A stretch of DNA of 32,000 nt. It comes from Sinorhizobium meliloti (GTDB taxonomy: Bacteria; Pseudomonadota; Alphaproteobacteria; Rhizobiales; Rhizobiaceae). The first letter of the stretch is position 1. Each line of letters begins with the position of its first letter. Under the pieces are notes generated by a model that was given only the letters and a program-made list of their open reading frames with translations, was not told the origin of the DNA and did no database searches. Shown in pieces: positions 17,985 through 24,670 of the stretch. Position numbers and translations under genes: made by a program. The DNA is taken from positions 120,001 through 152,000 of the forward strand of contig NZ_JAGIOS010000002.1 in assembly GCF_017876815.1 (NCBI RefSeq), given 5' to 3'.

Positions 17985-18016
17985 TTGTCAACATACAAAC
18001 TTCATGAAGTTGTATG
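17985..18016. promoter_or_regulatory. Candidate GntR/FadR-type operator cluster in the uxaC / oxidoreductase divergent region
   Basis: TTGTCAACATACAA (17985-17998) fits a T.GT-N6-AC.A pattern. It overlaps CATACAAaCTTCATGAAGTTGTATG (17992-18016), a 12-bp inverted repeat with one bulged A. It sits in an AT-rich pocket. A further palindrome, GCATCGATGC, lies at 18033-18042. Confidence 0.45.
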
Positions 18017-18090
18017 ATGACTTTCTTGCCGCGCATCGATGCAGGGTGTAGATCGAGATCCGGGGGAACTTTGGCTGAGGGGGTGATGGA

Positions 18091-19110
18091 ATGAAAAAGA
18101 CGCGCATCGGCGTGATCGGGCTCGGCATGGCGGCTGCGCCGCATGCCAAAAGCCTGCTGGACCTCAACGAGAGAGTTGAGGTCGCTGCCGCCTTCAGTCC
18201 CACGGCCGCGAGGCGGAATGCCTTTTCCGATTCCTATGGTTTCACGACTTGCGACTCCGCCGAGACGATCTTCCATGATCCGTCGATCACGGCCGTCATG
18301 ATATTGACGCCGCCGAGCACCCATCTCGATCTGGTGCGGCAGGCTGCCGAAGCGGGCAAGCATGTGCTTCTCGAAAAGCCGCTGGAGATCACGCCGGAGC
18401 GATCGGAAGCCCTGGTGACGGTGGCAGAGCGCGCCGGGATAAAACTCGGCATCGTGCTTCAGCATCGCTTTCGCACGGTCAGCCAGGAACTTGCGAGGCT
18501 CATCGATGAAGGCCGCCTCGGCCAAATCGTCAGTGCTTCGGCCCGGCTGCACAACTGGCGGCCGCAAAGCTATTACGATCAACCGGGCCGGGGTACACGG
18601 GCTCGCGACGGCGGCGGCGTGCTTCTCACCCAGGCCATACACACGCTCGACCTTCTCGTTTGGCTCGCTGGCCTGCCGGAAGAGGCCAGGGCCTATGCGG
18701 CGACGAGCGGGATCCACCGCATGGAAACCGAAGACCTCGCGATGGCAGCGATCCGCTTCTCCGGCGGCGCGATCGGGACCGTGAGCGCGACCACCTGCGC
18801 TTATCCCGGCTATCCGGACGAGATAGACATAATCGGAACACGCGGCATGGCGCGTCTGGGCGGCCGGCTTCTTGCCGTTTCCTTCCACAACGGAACGGAA
18901 CTCTCAGTCGAGGACGAGGCCGCGGGTGGTGCCGGCGCCGATCCGATGGCATTCCCGCATCACCATCACCGTGCGGTCCTTGCCGACTTTCTCGGTGCCG
19001 TCGAAAGTAACGGCGAACCGCGCGTCAACGGGCGCGAGGCACTGAAGGTCCACCGGCTCATTGATGCGATTCTCGGCGCTTCGGAAAGCGGGCAGGCGCA
19101 CCGCGTCTGA
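18091..19110 (+). CDS. Gfo/Idh/MocA-family NAD(P)-dependent oxidoreductase
   Basis: 339 aa. N-terminal Rossmann motif IGVIGLGMAA and an EKP motif (LLEKPL). Divergent from uxaC. Confidence 0.85.
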   Translation: MKKTRIGVIGLGMAAAPHAKSLLDLNERVEVAAAFSPTAARRNAFSDSYGFTTCDSAETIFHDPSITAVMILTPPSTHLDLVRQAAEAGKHVLLEKPLEITPERSEALVTVAERAGIKLGIVLQHRFRTVSQELARLIDEGRLGQIVSASARLHNWRPQSYYDQPGRGTRARDGGGVLLTQAIHTLDLLVWLAGLPEEARAYAATSGIHRMETEDLAMAAIRFSGGAIGTVSATTCAYPGYPDEIDIIGTRGMARLGGRLLAVSFHNGTELSVEDEAAGGAGADPMAFPHHHHRAVLADFLGAVESNGEPRVNGREALKVHRLIDAILGASESGQAHRV

Positions 19111-19123
19111 GCCGTCGCGTCCC

Positions 19124-19148
19124 GGAACAAGCTATTTTCCGCGGCGTT
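19124..19148 (+). promoter_or_regulatory. EcfG/RpoE2-type (general stress sigma factor) promoter motif upstream of yihY paralogue 1
   Basis: GGAAC (19124-19128), N16, CGTT (19145-19148). This is an exact match to the GGAAC-N16/17-CGTT consensus, 57 nt upstream of ATG 19205. Confidence 0.55.
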
Positions 19149-19204
19149 GGATATGCATGCAGCGAGGCGGAGGCCGGGTTCCGTCACCGGGCGGGCGTTG
19201 ATTC

Positions 19205-20197
19205 ATGGGTGCGAACGAAATCGAACTTGCCGAGAAGCTGGAGGCCGCGGAGCCGGGCAGGGGGCGTGCAGCCGATACGCCCGCTGATATCCCCGCCAAG
19301 GGGATGCGGGACGTCTTCTGGCGGGTGTTTTCCGAAATAGGCGAAGAGCGGGTCATGCTGATAGCCGCGGGTGTAAGCTTCTATCTTCTGCTGTCGCTCT
19401 TTCCTGCGCTGGGTGCCCTCGTCTCGATCTACGGGCTCGTCGCGGACCCATCCGAAATCGGCACCCATGTCGGTATCCTGCAGGCGCTTCTGCCGGCAGA
19501 CTCCTACGGGCTGATCATGGACCAGTTGGAGACCCTGACGACGCAGAAGCCGTCCACTCTCGGCATCGGTTTCTTCGTGAGCCTGTCGATCTCCCTGTGG
19601 TTGGCAGCCAACGGCATCGCCGCCCTCTTCGATGCGATGAACGTGGCCTATGGAGAAAGAGAAAAGAGAGGCTTTCTGTCGAGAACCCTCCTGTGCCTCG
19701 CGTTCACCTTCGCGGCACTCCTCTTCGCGGTCGCGCTGATCGCGGCGATCGGCGTCGTGCCAGCCGTACTGGCCTATGTGTGGGTCGACCGTTGGGTCGA
19801 GCTCGTGACCCGAGCGGCGAGATGGCCCGCGGTACTGCTCCTCGTCACCTTCGGCACCATCCTCATCTATCGTTTCGGGCCGAGCCGCGAGCGGGCGAAA
19901 CTGCGGTGGCTGAACTGGGGCGCGGTGTTCAGCACCTTGTTTTGGTTGGCCGCCTCATGGCTCTTTTCTTATTACCTGGAACATTTCGCCAACTACAACG
20001 CGACATACGGCGCTCTCGGCGCGCTCGCCGGTCTCATGACATGGGTGTGGATCTCGGTGATGATTCTCATCATCGGCGCACTCATCAATGCCGAACTCGA
20101 ACACCAGACGGCGGTCGATTCGACGACGGGCAAGCCGCTCCCGTTGGGCGAGCGCGGTGCTCACGTCGCCGACACCATCGGCAAGGCGGCCGACTGA
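19205..20197 (+). CDS. YihY/BrkB-family integral membrane protein (paralogue 1)
   Basis: 330 aa. Polytopic, with conserved blocks FP.L..LVSIYGL, YGPSRE..KLRW and FANYNATYGALGA. The N-terminal GRGRAAD.P..IPA.G block is shared with paralogue 2, which supports this start. Confidence 0.85.
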   Translation: MGANEIELAEKLEAAEPGRGRAADTPADIPAKGMRDVFWRVFSEIGEERVMLIAAGVSFYLLLSLFPALGALVSIYGLVADPSEIGTHVGILQALLPADSYGLIMDQLETLTTQKPSTLGIGFFVSLSISLWLAANGIAALFDAMNVAYGEREKRGFLSRTLLCLAFTFAALLFAVALIAAIGVVPAVLAYVWVDRWVELVTRAARWPAVLLLVTFGTILIYRFGPSRERAKLRWLNWGAVFSTLFWLAASWLFSYYLEHFANYNATYGALGALAGLMTWVWISVMILIIGALINAELEHQTAVDSTTGKPLPLGERGAHVADTIGKAAD

Positions 20198-20294
20198 TCA
20201 GCCGCAGCATGCGCCGGTTCGCATCGCAAGGAACAATCGCCGCTTCTTACGCATTTCAGGAAGACCGGGACTTGCGGTACTGGAGGATTATGCC

Positions 20295-20813
20295 ATGGCA
20301 GATCGTGACCTCTTGGGTCTGGCGGCCAGCGCGAAGATCGGCGGGCATCCGATCCATCCGATGCTCGTTCCCTTTCCGATCGCGCTTCTTGTCGCAACGT
20401 TCATATGTGACATCGTTTATCTTGCGAACGGAAATTCATTCTGGGCAGACGTGTCTATGTGGTCGCTGGGTGCAGCCATCGTGATGGCAGCCCTCGCTGC
20501 TCTCGCCGGACTGACGGATTTCCTCGGGAATGCCCGTATTCGAGCGATCAACGATGCCTGGAAGCACATGATCGGAAACATTGTCGTCGTACTCTTCGCG
20601 ATCGCCGGTTTTTGGCTGCGTTATGAGAACGGTTCCGTTGAGGCCGTCTGGCCCTGGGGCTTTCTACTGTCTCTCGTCACCGTCCTGCTGCTTCTCTACA
20701 CCGGCTGGAAAGGCGGGGAGCTCGTCTATCATCATCGGGTCGGCATGGACCCCGAGGCTGAGGACGGCGCTGCCACGCCGTCCATGACAAGGCACAGGAC
20801 GAAGCACATCTAA
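20295..20813 (+). CDS. DUF2231-family membrane protein (paralogue 1)
   Basis: The ORF track gives 20088..20813. I trimmed it to ATG 20295 (MADRDLLG...), which is preceded by TGGAGGA. It has the GGHPIHPMLVPFPIALL motif and four predicted TM helices. Confidence 0.75.
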   Translation: MADRDLLGLAASAKIGGHPIHPMLVPFPIALLVATFICDIVYLANGNSFWADVSMWSLGAAIVMAALAALAGLTDFLGNARIRAINDAWKHMIGNIVVVLFAIAGFWLRYENGSVEAVWPWGFLLSLVTVLLLLYTGWKGGELVYHHRVGMDPEAEDGAATPSMTRHRTKHI

Positions 20814-20830
20814 GAGGCCCTGTCGAGCCA

Positions 20831-20861
20831 GGCGGCAACCAGCCGATTTGCGGTTGCCGCC
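20831..20861. terminator. Hairpin between convergent genes (possible bidirectional terminator)
   Basis: Perfect 10-bp arms, GGCGGCAACC (20831-20840) and GGTTGCCGCC (20852-20861), with an 11-nt loop. It lies between the DUF2231 stop and the 3' end of the isochorismatase-like remnant. The T-tract is weak. Confidence 0.5.
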
Positions 20862-20870
20862 CGTATCATT

Positions 20871-21496
20871 CTATTCGCTGCGGTCGTAGAAGAACTGGAT
20901 CCCAGGCGTGCCGTCCGTTTCGATGAACAGGCTCATGAAAGCGGGGACGGTTTCACTGCGCTTCCATTCCCTCTGCAGCCCGCAAAAGAGCTGGACGGCG
21001 CCGGCCTGCTCGACGCGACGCAACGCGGCGTCGTGCGCGGCAACCGACGTGCCGCCGACCGCATCCACCCGCACATAAACTTCATAGCCTTCCGCCAACG
21101 GATTGAATGCCGGGAAGGTCAGGCAAGCCTCGGTCCAGAGCGCCGTCATGATCAGCTTCTTGCGGCCGGGGTCGTCGACCGCCTTGCGGAATTCGACATC
21201 CTCCCAGCTGTTGATGCTGGTGCGGTGGTAAATCGGGTAGCCGTCCAGCGCTTTCGGAATATGCGGAACGGGCGGCTTGTTGAGCCCGGTCTGCACGTTG
21301 ACCGTGGAATGAACGACCGGCAAACCGTTTTGCGGTCGCCCGGTCCGGTGCGGAAGTTCCACTCTCCGCCAGGTAGAGACGGTGCGGGCGCGTCAGCCGT
21401 CCCAGCTCCGAAAAAGCCCATGTCCGTGGGATTGAAGGTGTCACCGCAAACATTGCCCGCAAAAGCTTTGCGATCTCCAACGTAGCGTCCTAACAA
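20871..21496 (-). pseudogene. Isochorismatase-family (YcaC-like) hydrolase remnant, frameshifted at the N terminus
   Basis: The C-terminal ~150 codons are intact in one frame (INSWEDVEFRKAV, KKLIMTALWTEACLTFPA, EVYV.VDAVGG). N-terminal pieces (TFNPTD, FRTGPG) are found only in other frames (ORFs 21152..21496 and 21082..21480). The DHQ catalytic-Asp block is not recognisable. The total span equals one YcaC-length gene. Confidence 0.5.
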
Positions 21497-21503
21497 TAGA
21501 ACG

Positions 21504-22011
21504 ATGAAAGACTTGAACGACCTCTATTACTTCGTCCAGGTGGTCGACCACGGCGGCTACGCCGCTGCCGTGCGCGCCAATGACATTCAGAAGTCGGAGC
21601 TCAGCCGGCGCATCCAGCAATTGGAAGAACGGCTGGGTGTGCGACTGCTAAACCGGTCTTCCCGTCGCTTTTCCGTGACCGAGATCGGACGCGAATATTA
21701 TGATCGCTGTGTCGCCATGCTGGTCGAGGCCGAGGCGGCCGACGAGATGATCGCGCAAGTCCGCTCCGAGCCGCGCGGCATCGTCCGCGTGAGTTGCCCG
21801 GTGGCGCTGATCAACTTCGCTGCCGACGATGATGGTTTGGCGCCAGGTCGAATCGGGCCAACTCGTTCACGTCCTGCCGGACTGGCGCCCACCCGCCGGC
21901 ATCGTCCATGCCGTTTTCCCTTCGCGCCTCGGACTACTGCCTTCAGTGCGGCCACTGCTTGATTTCCTGGCGGCGGAATGCGCCGAGGCGAGGAAGCGGG
22001 CTGTCGTCTAG
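21504..22011 (+). pseudogene. LysR-family regulator remnant with an internal deletion and frame change
   Basis: The HTH and linker are intact in ORF 21504..21962 up to GIVRVSCPVALINFA. The LysR C terminus (GQLVHVLPDW....AVFPSR..L.P.VRPLLDFL) appears in another frame (21829..22011). The span is only ~169 codons against ~300 for the family. Confidence 0.6.
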
Positions 22012-22077
22012 GGTGGTTCCACGGAACATTTCCGCCCGTTCAGCCATTCTACAAAGCTCAAGGGCGAGGTCTAAGCT

Positions 22078-22578
22078 TTGGATCAACCACCAGTTCGACC
22101 GGACGGATTGCAGATCGAAGAGCATCGCGCTTTTCAGGAGTCTTTCTGGAAAGTAGAGCGCGTCGCATGGATTGTTTTTGGCCTGACGTTGCTTGCCGCC
22201 GTCCTGGGCGTTACGGGCTCGCGGGGCTGGCTTCAGAGACAAGCCGTGACGTTCGCCGGCGGCTCTGTCGATGTGCCGCGTTTCAGCCGCTGGGAGGCGT
22301 CCGACACGCTGAACGCGTCATTGGCCGGCGGCGGGAACGAACGTCGCCTGATCTTGTCGCCTGAATTCTTCAGGAGCTTTCAGGTGGAGGACATGGATCC
22401 GCCACCGATCGCCGCCGAAGCAGGCAATGAAGGGCTGGTATACCGCTTCCGGTCCGCTTCGCGACAGCCCCTTGTGCTGACTCTGCACCTTCGCGCCCAA
22501 AGTCCGGGTGTCGTTTCCTATCGAATAGGCATGGATGACGAGCCAGCGCAGGCAGTGCGAACGATCGTCTGGCCCTAG
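22078..22578 (+). CDS. Hypothetical single-pass membrane protein
   Basis: 166-aa ORF with a TTG start and GAGGT about 10 nt upstream. One TM helix (VAWIVFGLTLLAAVLGV). No family recognised. GC3 is lower than in neighbouring genes. It is followed by a terminator-like hairpin. Confidence 0.45.
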   Translation: MDQPPVRPDGLQIEEHRAFQESFWKVERVAWIVFGLTLLAAVLGVTGSRGWLQRQAVTFAGGSVDVPRFSRWEASDTLNASLAGGGNERRLILSPEFFRSFQVEDMDPPPIAAEAGNEGLVYRFRSASRQPLVLTLHLRAQSPGVVSYRIGMDDEPAQAVRTIVWP

Positions 22579-22634
22579 AGCGGGATGAGGAAAAGTGTGC
22601 GCGGTTTTCCGCCCGCATCCCGCTCTAACTTTTT
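22576..22634 (+). terminator. Terminator-like hairpin carrying the GGAAAAGTGTG...CGGTTTTCCG repeat core
   Basis: 12-bp perfect arms, TAGAGCGGGATG (22576-22587) and CATCCCGCTCTA (22616-22627). Inner pairing GGAAAA/TTTTCC. A T5 run follows at 22630-22634. The stop codon of the upstream ORF lies in the left arm. Confidence 0.5.
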
Positions 22635-22650
22635 GGAATCGGTCACGTTA

Positions 22651-22681
22651 ATGCTTTTAGGTCGACCCGACCTAAAAGCAT
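22651..22681. repeat. 14-bp perfect inverted repeat; second palindrome of a composite intergenic element
   Basis: ATGCTTTTAGGTCG (22651-22664), ACC, CGACCTAAAAGCAT (22668-22681). It ends 9 nt before the GGAG SD of the DUF421 gene. Confidence 0.6.
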
Positions 22682-22701
22682 CGTGATCTAGGAGATACGT
22701 C

Positions 22702-23142
22702 ATGGACTCCGTCGTTCGCGGTATTACGATCTATTTTATACTCCTTGCCGCGCTCCGGCTTTCCGGCCGGCGCACGGTTGCTCAGATGACGACCTTCGAC
22801 TTCGTGCTGCTGCTCATCATCGCGGAGACGACCCAGCAGGCCTTGCTTGGCGACGACTTCTCCATTGTCAACGCAACATTGCTCATCCTGACGCTCTTCG
22901 GCGTCGATATCGTTCTCTCCTACCTCAAGCAATGGTCGCCGAAGATCGCTCTGTTCCTCGACGGAACGGCGACGGTGCTCATCGCAGACGGCAAGGTCGA
23001 CGAACGTGCCTTGAAAAGAGCCCGGGTCAACATCGAGGACATACTTGTCGCCGCCCGGGAGCAGCAGGGCCTGGCTCGCCTCGACCAGATCAAATTCGCG
23101 GTTCTCGAGGCCGACGGGGGCATAAGCATCATACCGAGATGA
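22702..23142 (+). CDS. DUF421 (YetF-like) membrane protein
   Basis: 146 aa. N-terminal TM helices, G.R...Q.T.FD.V..L.I... motifs, and a C-terminal soluble domain (VLIADGKVDERALKRARVNIEDIL...R). SD GGAG. Confidence 0.75.
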   Translation: MDSVVRGITIYFILLAALRLSGRRTVAQMTTFDFVLLLIIAETTQQALLGDDFSIVNATLLILTLFGVDIVLSYLKQWSPKIALFLDGTATVLIADGKVDERALKRARVNIEDILVAAREQQGLARLDQIKFAVLEADGGISIIPR

Positions 23143-23183
23143 CGCGGGGCTCGGTTCCGGAAGAGGGCGAAATGACATCCTTA

Positions 23184-23453
23184 CTATTTCGATCTCACCG
23201 TGCAACGGTACTCCCCCTTGACACAAGCGATCTTGGGTGAGGAGCACTCGGCCACTCCGCCGGTCAACGAACAAACAGAGCATTGGTCATTAAACTCGAG
23301 GCAATCGGGATTGGCATCAACGAAATTCTTCATGCCAAGGCTTTGCCTTCGATCTTCTCTCTTTTCGTGCTGCATATTCCCAGCGCTTGCCGGAAGATAC
23401 GGAATAGCCGCAAACAAAAATATGCCGGTTATTCGCAGCGTCGCAGGTTTCAT
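23184..23453 (-). CDS. Small secreted Cys-rich hypothetical protein
   Basis: 89 aa. Signal peptide MKPATLRITGIFLFAAIPYLPASA. The mature ~65 aa contain 6 Cys (DC..F.DQC.VC.......C.....C......C). It lies in an AT-richer pocket. The SD is weak (GAAGAG). No family recognised. Confidence 0.4.
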   Translation of the reverse strand: MKPATLRITGIFLFAAIPYLPASAGNMQHEKREDRRQSLGMKNFVDANPDCLEFNDQCSVCSLTGGVAECSSPKIACVKGEYRCTVRSK

Positions 23454-23573
23454 GATCCAGCTCTTCTAAATCCGAAAACGCACGACGAGAGCATGGAGCA
23501 CTTCTTATGAGAAAATAAGCTGCGCCGTGAAATAAGGGTTTCACATCGCGATGCCGAATAGCGGAGAATGCAA

Positions 23574-23598
23574 GGAACAAGCCAACGCTTAGCGTGTT
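23574..23598 (+). promoter_or_regulatory. EcfG/RpoE2-like promoter motif upstream of yihY paralogue 2
   Basis: GGAAC (23574-23578), N16, TGTT (23595-23598). It shares the extended -35 sequence GGAACAAGC with the motif at 19124. It lies 78 nt upstream of ATG 23676. Confidence 0.45.
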
Positions 23599-23675
23599 CG
23601 AATGCCATCCGCGATCGCCCGCCGGTAAGGCCGATCAGGGGCACGGCGAACTTTCGAACGCGCGAGGACAATCAG

Positions 23676-24662
23676 ATGAAATCCGGTGACGCAAAGAGGG
23701 GAACCGACGAACAGGCACAAGAAGCGGGCAGGGGACGCGCGGCCGACAGCCCGGGCGAAATTCCCGCGAGGGGCCTGCGTGACGTCTTCTGGCGCGTGGT
23801 TTCGCAGATCAGCGAGGACAGGATTTCGCTCATTGCGGCCGGCGTCACCTTTTATGTGCTCCTCTCCGTATTTCCAGCGTTGGCCTCGCTCGTTTCCATC
23901 TACGGTCTCGTTTCCGATCCGGCCACGATCGCAGAGCAGGCTACGTTGCTCGCGGCCGTCCTTCCGGCCCAGTCGCTTCAAATGATGACCGATCAATTGG
24001 AAACCCTGTCGTCCCAGAAAACCTCCAGCCTGAGCTTCGGCTTCATAGCCGGACTGCTCTTCGCGCTCTGGAGCGCACGCAACGGCGTGGGGGCGCTCTT
24101 CGAGGCGATGAATATCGCTTACGACGAGACCGAAAAGCGCAGCTTCATCCGGCTGACTCTATTGAGCATCGGCTTCACGCTGGCCGGTTTGATCCTGACC
24201 GCCGTCCTCATCGCGGCCATCGCGGTATTGCCGGCAGTGCTGGCCTTTCTCCACCTGGAACTGGAAGGTCTTCTCAGATTCGTACGCTGGCCCGTGATGC
24301 TGTTGCTCATAGCGGCGGGCATCACCCTGATCTATCGCTACGGTCCGAGCCGGGAGCCAGCCAAACTCAGGTGGCTTACCTGGGGTGCGGCCCTGAGCAC
24401 GATCTGCTGGCTCGTCGCATCCCTGGCGTTCTCGTATTACATCGACAATTTTGCGAACTACAATGCCACGTATGGCGCTCTCGGTGCGCTGATCGGCTTC
24501 ATGCTCTGGATCTGGATATCAACCATGATCGTCATCATCGGTGCTGAACTCAATGCCGAGCTGGAACATCAGACGGCGAGGGATTCAACGACAGGGCGGC
24601 CCAAGGAGCTCGGGAAGCGCGATGCCTATGTCGCCGACACGGTCGGCGACACCGAGGATTAG
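23676..24662 (+). CDS. YihY/BrkB-family integral membrane protein (paralogue 2)
   Basis: The ORF track gives 23568..24662. I trimmed it to ATG 23676 (MKSGDAKRG...), which is preceded by GAGGA. It is collinear with paralogue 1 over the whole length. Confidence 0.85.
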   Translation: MKSGDAKRGTDEQAQEAGRGRAADSPGEIPARGLRDVFWRVVSQISEDRISLIAAGVTFYVLLSVFPALASLVSIYGLVSDPATIAEQATLLAAVLPAQSLQMMTDQLETLSSQKTSSLSFGFIAGLLFALWSARNGVGALFEAMNIAYDETEKRSFIRLTLLSIGFTLAGLILTAVLIAAIAVLPAVLAFLHLELEGLLRFVRWPVMLLLIAAGITLIYRYGPSREPAKLRWLTWGAALSTICWLVASLAFSYYIDNFANYNATYGALGALIGFMLWIWISTMIVIIGAELNAELEHQTARDSTTGRPKELGKRDAYVADTVGDTED

Positions 24663-24670
24663 ATCGCGGA

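Noticed and set aside
17932-18888. 318-aa minus-strand ORF overlapping the Gfo/Idh/MocA gene.
   Set aside because: The plus-strand ORF has Rossmann and EKP motifs and a proper SD. This one has none, and it runs through the AT-rich promoter region.
20230-20254. GGAAC box upstream of DUF2231 paralogue 1.
   Set aside because: The downstream element at N16-N18 reads GCATTT, with no GTT. The gene is more simply explained as co-transcribed with yihY.
19597-20484. 295-aa ORF out of frame with yihY paralogue 1 and the DUF2231 gene.
   Set aside because: It is an Arg-rich off-frame product. The YihY frame is validated by its paralogue.
22633-22649. GGAAT ... CGTT upstream of the DUF421 gene, considered as a stress promoter.
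   Set aside because: The spacing is only 6 nt, and the -35 element is GGAAT rather than GGAAC. This is incompatible with the N16/17 consensus.
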